From NCBI GenBank assembly GCA_002269645.1, contig NIVC01000102.1, positions 825,950-889,949 on the forward strand: 64,000 nucleotides of DNA, read 5' to 3'. This document shows, piece after piece, positions 1 to 9,999 of this stretch. The notes under the pieces are model-generated. The model was not told the DNA's origin. It saw nothing but the letters and a program-made list of their open reading frames with translations, and searched no databases. The DNA comes from Macrostomum lignano (taxonomy: Eukaryota). Position 1 is the first letter of the stretch; the number at the start of each line of letters is the position of its first letter. Position numbers and translations under genes: made by a program.

Positions 1-2
1 GG

Positions 3-3000
3 CTCTCGAGTCAGCGGCTGAACACCACGGAAACAGATATGGCAGAAAAGCTTCGTCTTGCAGAGCAGGAGGTCTGCCAGCTCAGAGCCGCTCTGGAAAC
101 TGAGTCCCAGCGAAGACCCGCAGCCGCTGCGGTGTCACCGGAGCTGTGGACTCTGCTGCAGCTGACCTGGGAGAGTGAGCTCAGGTACTGCCGGCAGAAC
201 TGGCAGCAGGCTGAGCTGAGACTGGCCAAAGCATCTGAAGGGGTGAGAGCTGCTGTCTTGTTCAGGATTTTCTGCTCTGCGGCTTCCAACTGCTCATTTG
301 CTATCCTCTTTCAGCTGGAGCGGCTGAGACGGAAGCAGAACTCAGCGATTGGCGTACTCAGGGGCGCCTTCAATTCTGCCGAGATGGTTGGCACCTTTGA
401 GATGAGCATTGCTGAGGCCAAGTGAGTTTCTGTACTGATTGATGCCCCAGCTTAGCACCCCTGAAAAGAGTGATTGCAATCAACTCACTAGTGACTTTAT
501 CGACTCTTGTGAATTTGTATCACGTGAGCTCCAGAATCTTAAGAGTCTTTGTGTTAGCGCTTAACTTTCTACTAACTCAAGTAGACTGAATCGAGTTATA
601 AATTGTTATAAATGCAAAATGTGATTCTAATTTATAAAGTGACGCAAACTCAGTGATTTTACGACTCCAGCACGCCTCAAAAATACGATTCTACGGCCTC
701 AGTGTCATTATATAAGCGCCCCAGAGTCGCTTCAGAGTCGCAGATTGATACTTAGGCGACTATCTGAGGTACCGTGACATCTCGTCGTCTGGAGTCACTT
801 CTTTCCTGTTTTACCTGTGTTACCTGCAGCCACTCTGAAACGACTCTGGGGCCACGCAAGTGACTCTGGAGCGCTTCTTAGCCTGGGTACCGTTTTCATC
901 GGGTCCAATAATCGCCCCAGTTCAGCCCCAGTTCAGCCCCAGCTCAGCCCCAATGACCCCAGCTCAGCCCCAATGACCCCATCTCAGCCCCAATGACCTC
1001 AGCTCAGCCTCAATGACCCCAGCTCAGCCCCAGTTCAGCCCCGATGACCCCATCTCAGCCCCAATGACCCCATCTCAGCCCCAATGACCTCAGCTCAGCC
1101 CCAATGACCCCAGCTCAGCCCCAATGACCCCATCTCAGCCCCAATGACCTCAGCTCAGCCTCAATGACCCCAGCTCAGCCCCAATGACCCCAGCTCAGCC
1201 CCAATGACCCCAGCTCAGCCCCAATGACACCAGATCAGCCCCAATGACACCAGCTCAGCCCCAATGACCCCATCTCAGCCCCAATGACACCAGCTCAGCC
1301 CCAATGACCCCATCTCAGCTCCAATGACCTCAGCTCAGCCTCAATGACCCCAGCTCAGCCCCAATGACCCCAGCTCAGCCCCAATGACCCCAGCTCAGCC
1401 CCAATGACACCAGCTCAGCCCCAATGGCCCCAGCTCAGCCCCAATGACCCCAGCTCAGCCCCAATGACCCCATCTCAGCCCCAATGACCTCAGCTCAGCC
1501 TCAATGACCCCAGCTCAGCCCCAGTTCAGCCCCGATGACCCCATCTCAGCCCCAATGACCCCATCTCAGCCCCAATGACCTCAGCTCAGCCCCAATGACC
1601 CCAGCTCAGCCCCAATGACCCCATCTCAGCCCCAATGACCTCAGCTCAGCCTCAATGACCCCAGCTCAGCCCCAATGACCCCAGCTCAGCCCCAATGACC
1701 CCAGCTCAGCCCCAATGACACCAGATCAGCCCCAATGACACCAGCTCAGCCCCAATGACCCCTAAGCCGGCTCCGCACTCCGCAGGGAATTCGCCGACAA
1801 AGTCAAGCTTGACGTCTCCGAGCGGATGCAGCGCTGGGCCCGCATCGAGGAGCTGCTGGGCGTCGAGATGCAGCAGCCATCGCGAGGCGTCGCGGTGACG
1901 CAGCGAGCCGCCGAGGCGCCGCAGTCGGCGGTCAGCGCTGCCGCCACGGCTGTTGGCGGCGCCGTTCTGAGGCACAGAGGTGCGGAGTTGCTGGGTATTT
2001 TTGAGTCTGGGTAAACAGCGGAAGTAACTATGACAATCTTAGACAAATAGAATGCCTCGCCACCTTGTCAGTCCAATCCAATAGCAAATCCTGTTTGTTT
2101 CCCGGCACCTATCAGGAAGCCAGTTGCACATAAGAAATCTATCGCAGGATGGTGAGCTGGTTGCAGACGCGAAATTATTCGAAAATTATTCCTAATTTTT
2201 ATTTTTTGACAATCGGACCGGAATTTTTCTTGCTTCTTTGTTTTTTCAGTCAGCTACTTTCAGTAGAAAAGTTGAAAAAGAGCAACTATTTTTAATTAAA
2301 TTTCTCCCAAAAAACCGCCTCTTACAGCCACAGTGCCGGCCCACCTAGCCCGCCCGATCAGCTCTGCAGCTCTTCGGCTGCTGGACAGCGACATCGACAT
2401 GCAGCAGCCGCGGCAGGCAGCTGGGCGCAGGAGATCTTCAGCCAGGCCCGGTGAGCAGCTTTTTGTAGTGTATAAAGTTTTATACGATACATATCGGCAA
2501 TTGATTATCTAAGCTTTCCGGGTACTGCTAAGTACCGAGTCCACAGATTTATTGAACTCTATGGTCAGAACTGGTTATTTATTATTTTTTCGATACATAT
2601 CGGTGGTTGATTATCTAAGCTTTCCGGTGCTGCTAAGTGCTGAGTTCACAGATTTATTGGACTAAATGGTTAAAACTGGTTAGTTATAATCATTTCGATA
2701 CGTATCGGCATTTGATTATCTAAGCTTTCCGGGTACTGCTTAAGTGTCAAGTTCACAACTTTTTGGACTCAATGGTTAAAACTGGTTATTTATAATTATT
2801 TCGATACATATCGGCTATTCAGCTTTATAAAAATCCGGCCGCTTCTTTTCAGCGGACGCTCTCCCTGCAGCCTGCGGCAGCGGCCTCACTTGGCCGAAGA
2901 CCTCCGCTGCCGCTCTCGCCGCCGCTGCGGGCTCGGAGGCCACCGCGGATGCCAGCGGCAGCCCGCAGCTGCAGCCTTCAGGGGCGGCCTCGGCTCAGTC

Positions 3001-5643
3001 ATTTGAGACCGGCTCCGACCTGCTGCTGCACAGCTGCGGTCAGCGGCCTGAGCAGCTGCTGGCTGTGGCTCAGTTTCACGTGCCTGACGGGTGAGGCTGC
3101 GGCTGCTGTGTGTGTGTTCTGTTGTCTGCTGTGTGTGTGTTCTGTTGTCTGCTGTGTGTGTGTTCTGTTGTCTGCTGTGTGTCTGCTGTCTGTGCTGTTT
3201 CTGCTGTGTCTGCTGTGTGTGTGTTCTGTTGTCTGCTGTGTGTCTGCTGTCTGTGCTGTTTCTGCTGTGTCTGCTGTGTGTGTCTGTTGTCTGCTGTGTG
3301 TCTGCTGTCTGTGCTGTGTCTGCTATGTGTGTGTCTGTTGTCTGCTGTGTCTGCTATGTGTGTCTGTTGTCTGTGCTGTGTGTGCTGTCTGTGCTGTGTC
3401 TGCTGTGTGTGTCTGTTGTCTGCTGTGTGTGTCTGTTGTCTGCTGTGTGTGTCTGTTGTCTGCTGTGTGTCTGCTGTCTGTGCTGTGTCTGCTATGTGTG
3501 TGTCTGTTGTCTGCTGTGTCTGCTATGTGTGTCTGTTGTCTGTGCTGTGTGTGCTGTCTGTGCTGTGACTGTGCTGTCTGCTGTGTCTGTGCTGTGTCTG
3601 CTTTGTCTGTGCTGTGTCTGTGCTGTCTGCTGTGACTGTGCTGTGTCTGCTGTGTCTGCTCTCTGTGCTGTGACTGTGCTGTGTCTGCTGTGTCTTTTCT
3701 GTGTCCGCTGTGACTGTGCTGTGTCTGCTGTGTCTTTGCTGTGTCTGCTGTGACTGTGCTGTGTCTGCTGTCTTTGCTGTGTCCGCTGTGACTGTGCTGT
3801 GTCTGCTGTGTCTTTGCTGTGTCTGCTGTGTCTTTGCTGTGTCTGCTGTGTCTGCTGTGTCTGTGCTGTGTCCGTGCTGTCTGCTGTGTCTTTGCTGTGT
3901 CTGCTGTGTCTTTGCTGTGTCTGCTGTGTCTGCTGTGTCTGCTGTGTCTTTGCTGTGTCTGCTGTGTCTGTGCTGTGTCTGCTGTGTCTTTGCTGTGTCT
4001 GCTGTGTCTGTGCTGTGTCCGTGCTGTCTGCTGTGACTGTGCTGTCTGCTGTGTCCGTGCTGTGTCTGTGCTGTGTCCGTCTTGTGTCTATGATCTGTCT
4101 GTCTGTCTGTCCGTTCATCTCCCCTTCCAACTCCCGATATCGATCCCCCCCCCCCAGTTACGCAGACGTGGACTCTCCTCGGGTGTCCCCGGAGCGCCAG
4201 CAGTCGCAGCCCGTCGGTCCCGAAGCTGTCAGCAGCCGCGCGGCCTCGCTGATCTCCGCTGCCCCGTCGAGTCCATCGGACGCTGGCGACGCCTCCGTCG
4301 GCGCCAGGAAGTCGAAGGCGGCCGCAGGCAGCAAACTGGCAAAACTTCGGGCGCTGTCGATTTTTGCCGGGCGTTCGGCAAGGCGGCGAAGTAAAAATAA
4401 ATAGCTAGCAACCGGATGGCAACCGGATAGCAACAGGGTAGCAACCAGATAGATAGCAACAGGGTAGCAACCACATAGATAACAACAGGGTTAGCAACCA
4501 GATAGCAACAGGGTTAGCAACCAAATAGCAACAGGGTAGTAACCACATGGCAACAGGGTAGTAACCAGATAGCAACAGTAGCAACCAGATAGCAACAGCG
4601 TAGCAACCGGATAGCAACAGGGTAGCAACCAGATAGCAACAGGGTAGCTACCAGATAGCAGCAGGGTAGCAACCGGATAGCAACAGGGTAGCAACCAGAT
4701 AGCAACAGGGTAGCTACCAGATAGCAGCAGGGTAGCAACCGGATAGCAACAGGGTAGCTACCAGATAGCAACAGGGTAGCAACCAGATAGCAGCAGGGTA
4801 GCTACCAGATAGCTACAGGGTAGCAACCAGATAGCAACAGGGTAGCTACCAGATAGCAACAGGGTGAATCAGAGGACAGCCGAGGCATTGTCTTTTTTGC
4901 CATTGATGTCTCTTTTTGTTTTAAATAAAGTGCAACCACATTCCCGCCAACTACTGACTGAGTAGTGCCTTAGTGCATTGTATTCGAAATTGTTTTGCTT
5001 GCAATGTTAAGCTCACTGCACCGAGCTTCACATTTCTGCTTTCGTGTACAGAATCAGTTATGTTAATGTAGCACTGCTAAAATCAAAGCTGTATGTGACC
5101 GCACTTACTTTAAGTAGTAACATTAGCTCACTTCATTTTTATGCCCCAGATATTCGGTTCTAGTAGAAATTTTCAATGTCCGCAAGTGCAAATGCAAAAT
5201 AAAAGTACTTGAGGAACTTTAAAACTCGTTTAGAAAGTTCTGATGCCTACGAAAATTATTAGAAGTCCAAATTGCTGACTTGACTTTTTGAATTTCTGCA
5301 CATTATTTCTAACCCATGACCTACTTTATTTCTGTACTTCCTGCCTTAATCTACCTGTCTGCTGAAACGCACGCACATCTCCATCAAGTGAATTTTATGA
5401 GGCAAATCTGCAAAGCAATGGCTGGCATTTCAAGCCACCCTTGCAGAGCATCAGAGCTGGCACTGAGAGCGAGTGGCAGGTCGCATCATTCTATATTTAG
5501 AATTTGGTTTATGGCACAGAGCAGGCATCAAATATGGACGGCAATATTGAAATGGCCGCAGTTTTGAGTTCATCATCAGCGTGCAGAGCTCTTGGATCGG
5601 ACAGAAAAATGAATGGCGACTGGGGCCGCGACCTGCCTGTCCG
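3..5643 (+). CDS. Multi-exon host gene, unknown product with coiled-coil-like N-terminal part (5' open to window edge; 3' end not located)
   Basis: Exons <3-242, 315-421, 1786-1979, 2328-2450, 2853-3090 and (weaker acceptor) 5562-5643. Introns are GT..AG and junction phases 0,2,1,1,2 match, giving one open spliced frame (…LAKASEG|LERLRRKQ…IAEAK|EFADKVKLD…LRHR|ATVPAHL…SARP|ADALPAA…QFHVPD|GFEFIISVQ…). No family recognised. Confidence 0.7.
718..852. repeat. 21-bp inverted repeat (1 mismatch), probable MITE remnant in intron
   Basis: gccccagagtcgcttcagagt (718-738) versus actctgaaacgactctggggc (832-852). Confidence 0.5.
916..1762. repeat. 20-bp minisatellite (CAGCCCCAATGACCCCAGCT)n, about 40 units, intronic
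   Basis: Directly visible tandem units with recurring variants and occasional 11-nt units. The variant order at about 1005-1270 recurs at about 1495-1762. Confidence 0.95.
2486..2817. repeat. About 106-bp tandem repeat, 3 copies plus a partial, intronic
   Basis: cgatac(a/g)tatcgg…gattatctaagctttccgg… recurs at about 2486, 2591, 2697 and 2803. Confidence 0.9.
3108..4113. repeat. About 1-kb complex TG/CTG/TGTC simple repeat, intronic
   Basis: Short T/G/C units (ctgctgtgtctg…), almost no A on the + strand. It starts just after the donor at 3091. Confidence 0.95.
4144..5210. mobile_element. Dispersed non-coding repeat, copy 1, with internal 22-bp minisatellite
   Basis: Colinear similarity to 46356-46985 (…ccccagtta(c/t)gcaga…ggcaaaacttcgg…ctactgactgagtagtgccttagtgcattgtattc…). 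Boundaries approximate; class unknown. Confidence 0.7.
4413..4866. repeat. 22-bp minisatellite (GATAGCAACAGGGTAGCAACCA)n, about 20 units
   Basis: Directly visible; each unit is two related 11-mers. Confidence 0.95.
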
Positions 5644-5653
5644 GTCAGTGACT

Positions 5654-5794
5654 GTTCATGAGGGAGCTGTCAGGCTGTCAGTCACTGAATGTTCATGAGG
5701 GAGCTGTCAGGCTGTCAGTCACTGAATGCTCATGAGGGAGCTGTCAGGCTGTCAGTCACTGAATGTTCATGAGGGAGCTGTCAGGCTGTCAGTC
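5654..5794. repeat. 37-bp tandem repeat, about 3.8 copies
   Basis: gttcatgagggagctgtcaggctgtcagtcactgaat at 5654, 5691, 5728 and 5765. Confidence 0.95.
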
Positions 5795-6201
5795 AAGGCA
5801 GAACTGGAGAGGGTGCTCAAAGGTATTCATGCACACGACATCAGCTGCTTCAACAAGAAAATTCGCCACATCTAGTCAGTTGATATATTCGAATAGTCCA
5901 CGAGATCTGAATATTTCCATTAGCGCTAATTTGTTACGAAAAGCACATTCAGCATTCATTTACGCATATTTACACTGTCGTTCGTTGCCAAGCCTTGCTA
6001 TTTTTCATCAGTTCTTCGACCACATGTGTCTGCATAATCTCTGACTTCGGTCGTCTCTGGCCTTCATTTAGGCTGCAAAAATATATCATTCCACTGAACA
6101 AGCCCTATATAACGAGCGTATTCGTAGTCCACCTGCAAAGCTGCATCCTAAAACTTCCGCAAAGCATACAAACTCACAATTAAACCACGACAGGAATCAG
6201 C

Positions 6202-6456
6202 TACATCGGCTGTTTCCGAAACTCCGGAGTTCGCGACCTGCGCACGGTGGCGACTGAGCTCAGACACAACTGTCCGCGTGTGCACTCGGATGTGCTCAAG
6301 GTTTCTGTAATTTTGCACGCAGTGGTGATTGGCGCACTACTTCTGTGGAAATTCCTACGGTCGGCATGGCCGGGGTGGCCGAGTCCCAATGCAACAACCG
6401 GTTCAGGGCGAATCCAGCCGACATGTGCGGCTCCTGGTTCAAGAAAAAACATCTTC
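6202..6456 (+). pseudogene. WSC domain remnant of the PKD1-like gene
   Basis: YIGCFRNSGVRDL, then across frameshifts TVRVCTRMC…YFCGNSYGRHG and ESQCNNRFRANPADMCGSWFKKNIF, matching the WSC cysteine pattern. In-frame stops present. Confidence 0.75.
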
Positions 6457-7904
6457 AGCTCTCGTCGTTCTAGTGTGTGTGCATGGAGAAGGCCCTGTTT
6501 AAGCAACAAAATCTCATTTATTTTTAGAGCCCAAGCCCAGCACTTTAGTTCTCCTAAAGTTAAAAAAAATTCAATCAGACACCATTGACCTATTTCACCT
6601 GTGCAAGAGTTAATAACGACCCATTTGCCGTTCCGACGCCCCAGCGTCTCAGAGCTCTTAGTGTGTTTAGCCTTGTCTAAGAAACAATTTTTTATTACGG
6701 ATCCTTATGAAACTTTGGAGCGCGAACAATCTGACTGTGAAGATCCAGCAATGATTCACGACGCTTTCAAGAGAACTGGACAGAATGCGTCACGCTCAGC
6801 TACTCGAAGTCGAGCTCCGACTCGCTGCCTCAGCTGCTTTGCCCCGGTCGACCAGTTGGGAGATCCGCGGCTTTCCTGCAGAATGTCTGGGTCGATAGGC
6901 ACAGCTGGAAACGTCTCAGGCTGATGGGAAATAAAGGAAGGTAGCGATGCTCTCTATGATTTCTACAATACGATTACAAGTTGGCAAGGAAAAAAGCTAG
7001 CAGAGCGCAGTGCTGCGACTGTCGGGAATCGCTTTCAGTGGCTGCATGAGGGTTGGACGCTGTTTGCTAACCCGACCAACCCTGCTTAACTTGCAGGTGC
7101 TGACGAGTATGGTGGCAGCATCAGCATTTCTTAATGAAAATACAGAAAACGAATGCTTTAAATTACCTGAATTAAGTCATCGATTTTTACCGCCGATGTA
7201 ACAGGAATTTAAACGCTTAATATTACTGTTAAAAGTATAAAGAACTTTCGGAGGAAAAATTTATCCAACAAGTAAAAATCATGAATCGTTTTCACATTTC
7301 AATCTGGCACTGCACCATTCAGTAAAGTCGCACCATCACCAGCCACTGCAGAGGTCTCTAAGGCGATTTCCCGAGCCGCTGACGCACAGGGTGTAACTGG
7401 AGGCTCATTTTGGGCAGAGCAACATTCTACTGAATGTGAGCCTCATGCTGCAGTTGTTTAGATACTAAAGTTAAAATACCCCCATACGCTGATCTGATGC
7501 TGCCCACTGCTCGTCATTCCAGGACGGTAGGAGCTGCTCATGTCAGCCAATGGGTCTCACCTGTCCCTAACCTGGCACGATCTGTCTCACTGTAACGCCA
7601 GACTTACTCGGCCCGCCAGTATTAACTGAGTTGAGCAGCCAGACAATCAGACTTTCTGGACTGCGCCAGGATGGTTTAGCGAAGATTATATACATCGAGG
7701 TAAAACAGAGATATTATTATTCAATTTATTAACCAAAATATCGGCAGTTGGCCAACGTTTAATTCATTGTTCAATCATAGGCCATTTATAGAGCAAAATT
7801 CTTGAGAAGCAAATATTCAGAGTGAAGCGATGACTGTCAATTTGGCTTTCAGACTATTGCATGCTCTACCCAGTAACTGTGACGAGCCTGTTCGTCTCGA
7901 CTCG

Positions 7905-8385
7905 AGTTCCTACCCACATTGTCCACCAAGTCAAAGTCACTACTTCCGATTTGATGGAGGCCATAGAGGTGAGTTGAATTTCTGTTGCGTTTGCAGTGTA
8001 AGTGTAAGTATTAAGAAAAACTTCAAATTTCCACCTCAGCCTCCACTGCATGCCGGAATCGTAGCTCAATGGAATGCAACAACTTTGTCATATGCGTTTC
8101 TACGAGTTTTTGAAATCGATGTTAATAGAAATCCATCCGGTGAATACTATTGCTCGTTATGCTTAGTTATGCTGTAAATGTAGGCCTCCATAAACAGTTC
8201 TGCAAGTCGGTGCGCAGTGCAACCTCACAGCAGGTGCCTGCGAATGGCTGGACGGCTCCAGCATTCACCCTGGCAATTGGAGATTCGGTGAGGCAGCTCA
8301 CTTTGCGGTAGGATGGGGACACCGAGAATGGCGATCTGATTGGAGCAAAGCATAATGAGAAGCTCATGTTCGCATGCCAAGTTGG
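7905..8385 (+). pseudogene. C-type lectin domain remnant of the PKD1-like gene
   Basis: CEWLDGSSIHPGNWRFGE (W-x-DGS…NW..GE motif), then WRSDW and, in a shifted frame, KLMFACQ. Confidence 0.6.
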
Positions 8386-8699
8386 CCAGGTGCCAAGGAA
8401 GTCGCTGTCTCGGACTAAAGTTTCGTACTAAAATTTTGATTGCTGCGATTTACAAAGCTTGGAGTGAAAAAAATTAGCGCTCCTGTCGCACACAGCCATC
8501 AGCGATGACAACATTGCTTACGAACAAGTTGATGCCACCGCAAGTCAGCAAAGATGGATTTTCTCCTTGACGACAGACTGGACCGGACTGGCGGCAGCGT
8601 TCTGAGTGTGGGATCTACGAGTATTTTGTACGTTCGAACAGCTGGAACAGACCTCATGCCGTCCTCAGCCATTCTGTCCGTCTGTTGAGGCTGACTGAG

Positions 8700-9230
8700 A
8701 TCCGCTGACTGAGGGCACAGACATCGATCAAGTGCTCAAGAGCATCAAGTGCCGGATCCATAAAAATGTCTGGTCCAACTGCTCGGCTGTGGAGCGCCCA
8801 TTCAAGCTTGTCCGTCATCAGTTGACGATTGAAAATGGCGTCATATGCTGCGGAGACCTGCTGGTTCCGCCTGCGGTTGTCCGTAGTAAAATTCTACAGC
8901 AGCTCAGGGTCACTGCGAGGATGTCGAAAGGTTTGTGAAGCAGTGCGCAACATGTACGAGGATTCGACAACTGCCTACTCGCACGATGCACACTTGACCT
9001 ACTGAGGTGACGCCTTGAAAGCGGGTGCACATGTACCATGCTCATGTGTCAGGAGTCGGCCTGATCCTGGTGCTGGTTGACGCTTTAGTAGTGCTACAAG
9101 TCGCACTACATAGCAATTTGTCGTCCGACCTAGTTTAACGGACAGCAGCTGTCTGCAAGCATTCAGAGTGAATGTCAGATCAGCTTTGCATTGTCGATCA
9201 GCATTACGCCTTTAAGCAACCTGTATCATT
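8700..9230 (+). mobile_element. Highly degraded Gypsy pol/integrase fragment
   Basis: LTIENGVICCGDLLVPPAVVRSKILQQL resembles the segment before the integrase HHCC region. Many lesions. Confidence 0.5.
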
Positions 9231-9999
9231 TAATGGTTGACTGGCAGCTGCTGCACAAAATCGCTGGCCTTGACGCCAGAGGAGGTGATTAGAGATTTAG
9301 CTAAATTATCATAGGTTGCGAACCAATGACATCTTAGCTAACCAATGCCGTCAGTTCCGGCTTTACGGAGTCGAGAACCGAGGCCGCCTGGCAGAAAAGC
9401 TTGAACTCACCGGCTACCTAGCAACCGATGACCCCCTCAAGTGTGTCCAGTGTTCTCGAGTTCTTGCCATTGATGCAGATCGATATCCTGGGCTTTCCTA
9501 TTGGTAATAGTTTGAAAAAAGAAGCACGATATCCCGAACCTGAGCTTACGGAATGCCCTGAGATCCCTAGTGACGATCAAAGTGTGTAAACTTTGCAGTC
9601 AAGTCGATAGACCATTGAATTCAAGAAGCATTTTCATCTGACTAACATGGCGGTTGAAGCTGAAAACTGCTCGAGTTCCGAATTTTTTTCTGTTTCGTGG
9701 GGCTGGGATCTCACAAAGGTCTCACAAATCAATATATACTTTGAAATTGCATGTCGACTATTGTTGTAGTCGACTAACACACAAATAAGTGGTAGGGGAG
9801 TACTCTTGCTCCTATAGGCTCTTCTCTGTACTCGTACTTGCTAGAGTCATCTGCCCTCACTTCATACCGAGGACTTTAACTGTTGATATAAGTCAAGAAA
9901 GTTATTATAGTACCCATTAATATAAACTGAGATTAGGTATCTTCTTTACTAAACTGCAGAATTTAAGCATCAGGACGGAGAGACCAAACCTGTGGCTCA

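Noticed and set aside
916-1762. CRISPR-like array (also considered for the 22-, 37- and 50-bp repeats)
   Set aside because: Units are head-to-tail with no unique spacers, there are no cas genes, and the context is eukaryotic.
2949-4404. Long Cys/Val/Leu-rich and Thr/Gln-rich ORFs (up to 228 aa)
   Set aside because: They are translations of the TG/CTG simple repeat, open in several frames because the tract lacks A. It lies after a clear splice donor at 3091.
4405-4771. Repetitive LLSGCYPVA ORFs (also at 46257-46654)
   Set aside because: Artefacts of the 22-bp minisatellite.
5562-6202. First host gene and the PKD1-like gene as one transcript
   Set aside because: The 5643 donor (phase 0) has no convincing phase-matched acceptor before the WSC segment. 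The first gene is lesion-free while the PKD-like one is heavily decayed.
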